DNA of 64,000 nucleotides from Octopus bimaculoides (lineage: Eukaryota). Shown here one piece after another: positions 62,455 to 64,000 of this stretch. Location of the stretch: assembly GCF_001194135.2 (NCBI RefSeq), contig NC_068987.1, forward strand, positions 94,618,377 to 94,682,376. The letters are read 5' to 3'. Positions within the stretch are counted from its first letter, which is position 1; each line of letters begins with the position of its first letter. The position numbers and the translations under genes are program-made. The notes below the pieces were generated by a model. That model did not search any database and was not told the DNA's origin. It was given only the letters and a program-made list of their open reading frames with translations.

Positions 62455-62819
62455 CAGACTCTCAGAATGTGCTACACTGTTTGTTCTGGCTCTTTACATC
62501 CAGAATTCGAATGTTACCAAAGCAAAATTGATCTTTTTATCTTTATAGAGTTGATGAAATAAAGATTAATTGCCTCTGTAATTATTTACCCTCTGATTGT
62601 TAGGTCTTGTCCTGATGAGATTGGAGCATCTGCAATTCAGATTCTTGTGACAAGGATATGTTCCAACAGTCAGATTGTTCCTTTGCACCAGCACACTCTG
62701 CTGCATGTCCTGGCTGTTGATATGCAGAGACACTCTGCATCTTGATGATGTTCCCTGTCTCTGAGTTTGTCCCCTTTCTGCAGTTTGTCCCCTTCATAGA
62801 GATACAGTCTTGAGTTAAG

Positions 62820-63055
62820 CAACTAGAATGTTGTGGAGTCATTAGCACACTGGAGGAAATGTTCCTTAGCATGTTCTCCACCTTTTTGTGTGCTGAATTC
62901 AAATTCTGCCAAAGAGGCTGCAGTCACCGTTTATCCTTTCAGGGTTGATAAGACAAGTAGAGAATTGGGATCAATATATTTGATGGATCTTCTCTCCAAA
63001 ATGACAGGCTTTGTGCCTGTAGCTGAAAGAATTGTAATTGTTATAATTATTATTA
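62820..63055 (+). mobile_element. SINE family C, diverged
   Basis: gaattcaaattctgcc...tcctttcagggttgataa...ggctttgtgcctgtag+(ATT)n. Confidence 0.65.
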
Positions 63056-63610
63056 TTGAGTGAGAGAGCAGTGCATGCCTTCATAGTGACATGGGGGTAC
63101 AATTATACGAAGCCCAGTATTCCCATCATGACTACTTGTCTGATAAGAGTACACCAAACACATGCATCACAACCACATGTGCGCAACATGGTGATCTCCC
63201 ATCAAGATAAACAGTGCATGACCTTGCAGGTGGAGGCCCAGTTAAAATTTTCTTCAGTTTAAGTAGCCCATCTTGCTCAAAAGGTCCCTGATTAAGGGTT
63301 ATTTAAGGATGATGGACGAAACACCCATGTTTCCAGAGGTGAATTCTTCAAACCCCCCAAAATTCCTCTCAACACATGGCTATGATTCTCCCCCACTACT
63401 TCTGCTCATGATCAGAGATGCACATATCGTCAGCCACTAAGGGACATGCTCAACTGGCTACGGTCAAACAACTTACAAGCACATCTGTGGTATTGAGCAG
63501 AATATTTGCTGTAGCCTGTCTTTTATATCAAGGCAAGACATGTACATGATAACACTTCCATTCAGTTAACATGAGAAGCCATGAGAGTCAGTGCCTGGTA
63601 CTGCATCAGA
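63056..63610 (-). repeat. About 550-nt probable interspersed repeat embedded in (ATT)n
   Basis: Higher-GC block flanked by (ATT)n on both sides, so it ends in (AAT)n on the minus strand. Single copy here; repeat status is from recall only. Confidence 0.4.
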
Positions 63611-63671
63611 GCAGTTATTATTTATTTTATTCTATTATTATTATTTTTTTTTAATCACTTTATCACTTGTA

Positions 63672-63727
<56 letters not shown>

Positions 63728-63729
<2 letters not shown>

Positions 63730-63930
63730 GGTGAGAAACTGGCAGAATCATTAGCATTTTATCTGTCTTTACATTCTGAGTTCAAATTCCACCATGGTTG
63801 ACTTTGCTTTTCATCCTTTCAAGATCAATAAAATAAGTGCAGGCTGTGCACTGGACTCAATGTAATCAATAGTTTTGCTCCTCTGAAATTTCAAGCCTTG
63901 TGCCTATTGTAGAAAGGATTATTATTATTT
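63728..63930 (+). mobile_element. SINE family C
   Basis: (ATT)n-aaggtgagaaactggcagaatc...cattctgagttcaaattcc...gccttgtgcctattgtagaaaggattattatt. Confidence 0.8.
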
Positions 63931-64000
63931 GCTGTTTCGTGGAATTGTTACTTTGCCTGTTTTAATTATTCTTATATATCTCTTGTATACAAACTGAAAC

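Larger units (their letters stand above)
1..64000. repeat. Very dense simple repeats: (TA)n, (CA/TG)n, (CT/GA)n, (ATC/GAT)n, (ATT)n, (CTA)n
   Basis: Examples: (TA) 1-43, 19898-19970, 36813-36883; (GT) 32598-32673; (CT) 34201-34258; (ATT) 3622-3670, 63675-63728. These account for most ORFs in the supplied track. Confidence 0.95.

Noticed and set aside
62604-62655. cttgtc-CTGATGA...gacaag hammerhead-like pattern
   Set aside because: Stem I pairs, but GAAA and the NUH triplet are missing.
1-64000. CRISPR arrays, rRNA, prokaryotic operons
   Set aside because: No regularly spaced repeat-spacer arrays or rRNA motifs; the sequence is intron-rich animal DNA.

Overview
Eukaryotic, AT-rich, microsatellite-dense DNA with 8 N-gaps. 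The repeat families suggest an octopus or other coleoid cephalopod (inference from recall, no search run). The only host gene I can support is the 5' part of a + strand teneurin (Ten-m/odz/TENM). It has three coding exons (4018-4195, 42867-43232, 61083-61322) that splice in frame through phase-1 GT-AG introns of 38,671 and 17,850 nt and encode about 261 aa of the intracellular domain; the gene continues past the window. The rest is intron filled with at least four SINE-like families, decayed LINEs (RTE, R4/Dong-like, CR1-like), a Helitron remnant, an internally deleted mariner, foldback elements and simple repeats. No rRNA, true tRNA or CRISPR. Top items for follow-up: a frame-preserving 21-nt microexon candidate (36980-37000) and a 3-nt one (58253-58255); a minimal type-I hammerhead ribozyme motif on the gene's sense strand (787-842) plus two decayed hammerhead-like remnants; and many intronic hairpins and inverted SINE pairs that are candidate ADAR substrates.
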